A DNA stretch of 64,000 nucleotides, taken from positions 1,792 through 65,791 of the forward strand of contig JBJMWX010000108.1 of NCBI GenBank assembly GCA_045809925.1, read 5' to 3'. The translations under genes were made by a program, and so were the position numbers. The notes under the pieces were generated by a model that was given only the letters and a program-made list of their open reading frames with translations, ran no database searches and had not been told where the DNA came from. This stretch comes from Chthoniobacterales bacterium (GTDB lineage: Bacteria > Verrucomicrobiota > Verrucomicrobiia > Chthoniobacterales > UBA10450). Positions 63,686 to 64,000 of this stretch are shown here, piece after piece (within the stretch, counting starts at the first letter, position 1; each line of letters opens with the position of its first letter).

Positions 63686-64000
63686 TCGACCGCAACTTTG
63701 CCATCACCCCGGCGATTTGCACAGCGGCCCGCGCGGCTTCTGTCCCGCGATTGATTCGTTCCCCGCAGCAACGTTCGCGCGCCTGCTCTTCATTTTCTAC
63801 CCCGAGCACCGCGTTGATCACCGGCACGCGCTGAGTAGTGGCGATGTGCTGCAATCCGTCTGTGACTGAACGTGCCAGGTGTTCGGCATGCGGCGTGTGA
63901 CCGCGGATAATGACCGCCAACGCGAGTACGGCGCTGATACTTTCGTCGAGCGCCAGCTCGCTCACGACTACAGGAATTTCAAACGCGCCTGGGACGCGGT
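63678..64000 (-). CDS. ribH: 6,7-dimethyl-8-ribityllumazine synthase (5'-truncated by window)
   Basis: VPGAFEIP, IIRG.T.H, PVIN.VL..QA.ER, NRG.EAA; upstream of nusB. Confidence 0.93.
   Translation of the reverse strand, partial: RVPGAFEIPVVVSELALDESISAVLALAVIIRGHTPHAEHLARSVTDGLQHIATTQRVPVINAVLGVENEEQARERCCGERINRGTEAARAAVQIAGVMAKLRSNG

Overview
A GC-rich, gene-dense stretch of bacterial core chromosome. It is most consistent with Verrucomicrobiota, probably Chthoniobacterales/Spartobacteria-like; this is inferred from gene content and repeat types, not from a search. Housekeeping genes include valS, der, gyrB-gyrA, psd-pssA, a pgsA-like gene, hemL, rluD, recR, lipA, msrB, ribH-nusB-ftsY, tRNA-Leu(TAA) and tRNA-Cys(GCA). 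Larger modules are a MoxR-DUF58-BatABDE operon, a pilMNO(P)-like operon, a lone PilT/PilU ATPase, and a split type II secretion cluster (H-I-J-K-L-M-C-like facing F-X-G) with no secretin or assembly ATPase in the window. No integrase, transposase, prophage or CRISPR array was seen. The best candidates for something undescribed are: (1) an FTR1 permease + beta-barrel + monoheme cytochrome c lipoprotein operon with no canonical ferroxidase; (2) a co-oriented Ser/Thr kinase, atypical ClpX and degenerate adenylate cyclase; (3) a clan GH-A hydrolase-GT2-membrane fusion with intact catalytic motifs; (4) GTAG-type REP doublets that supply stop codons and apparently sit in-frame inside a cleavable pseudopilin leader; (5) a recurrent TAnnnT-N6-8-start pattern suggesting leaderless mRNAs. 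Several start codons were re-chosen by eye relative to the ORF track and are approximate.
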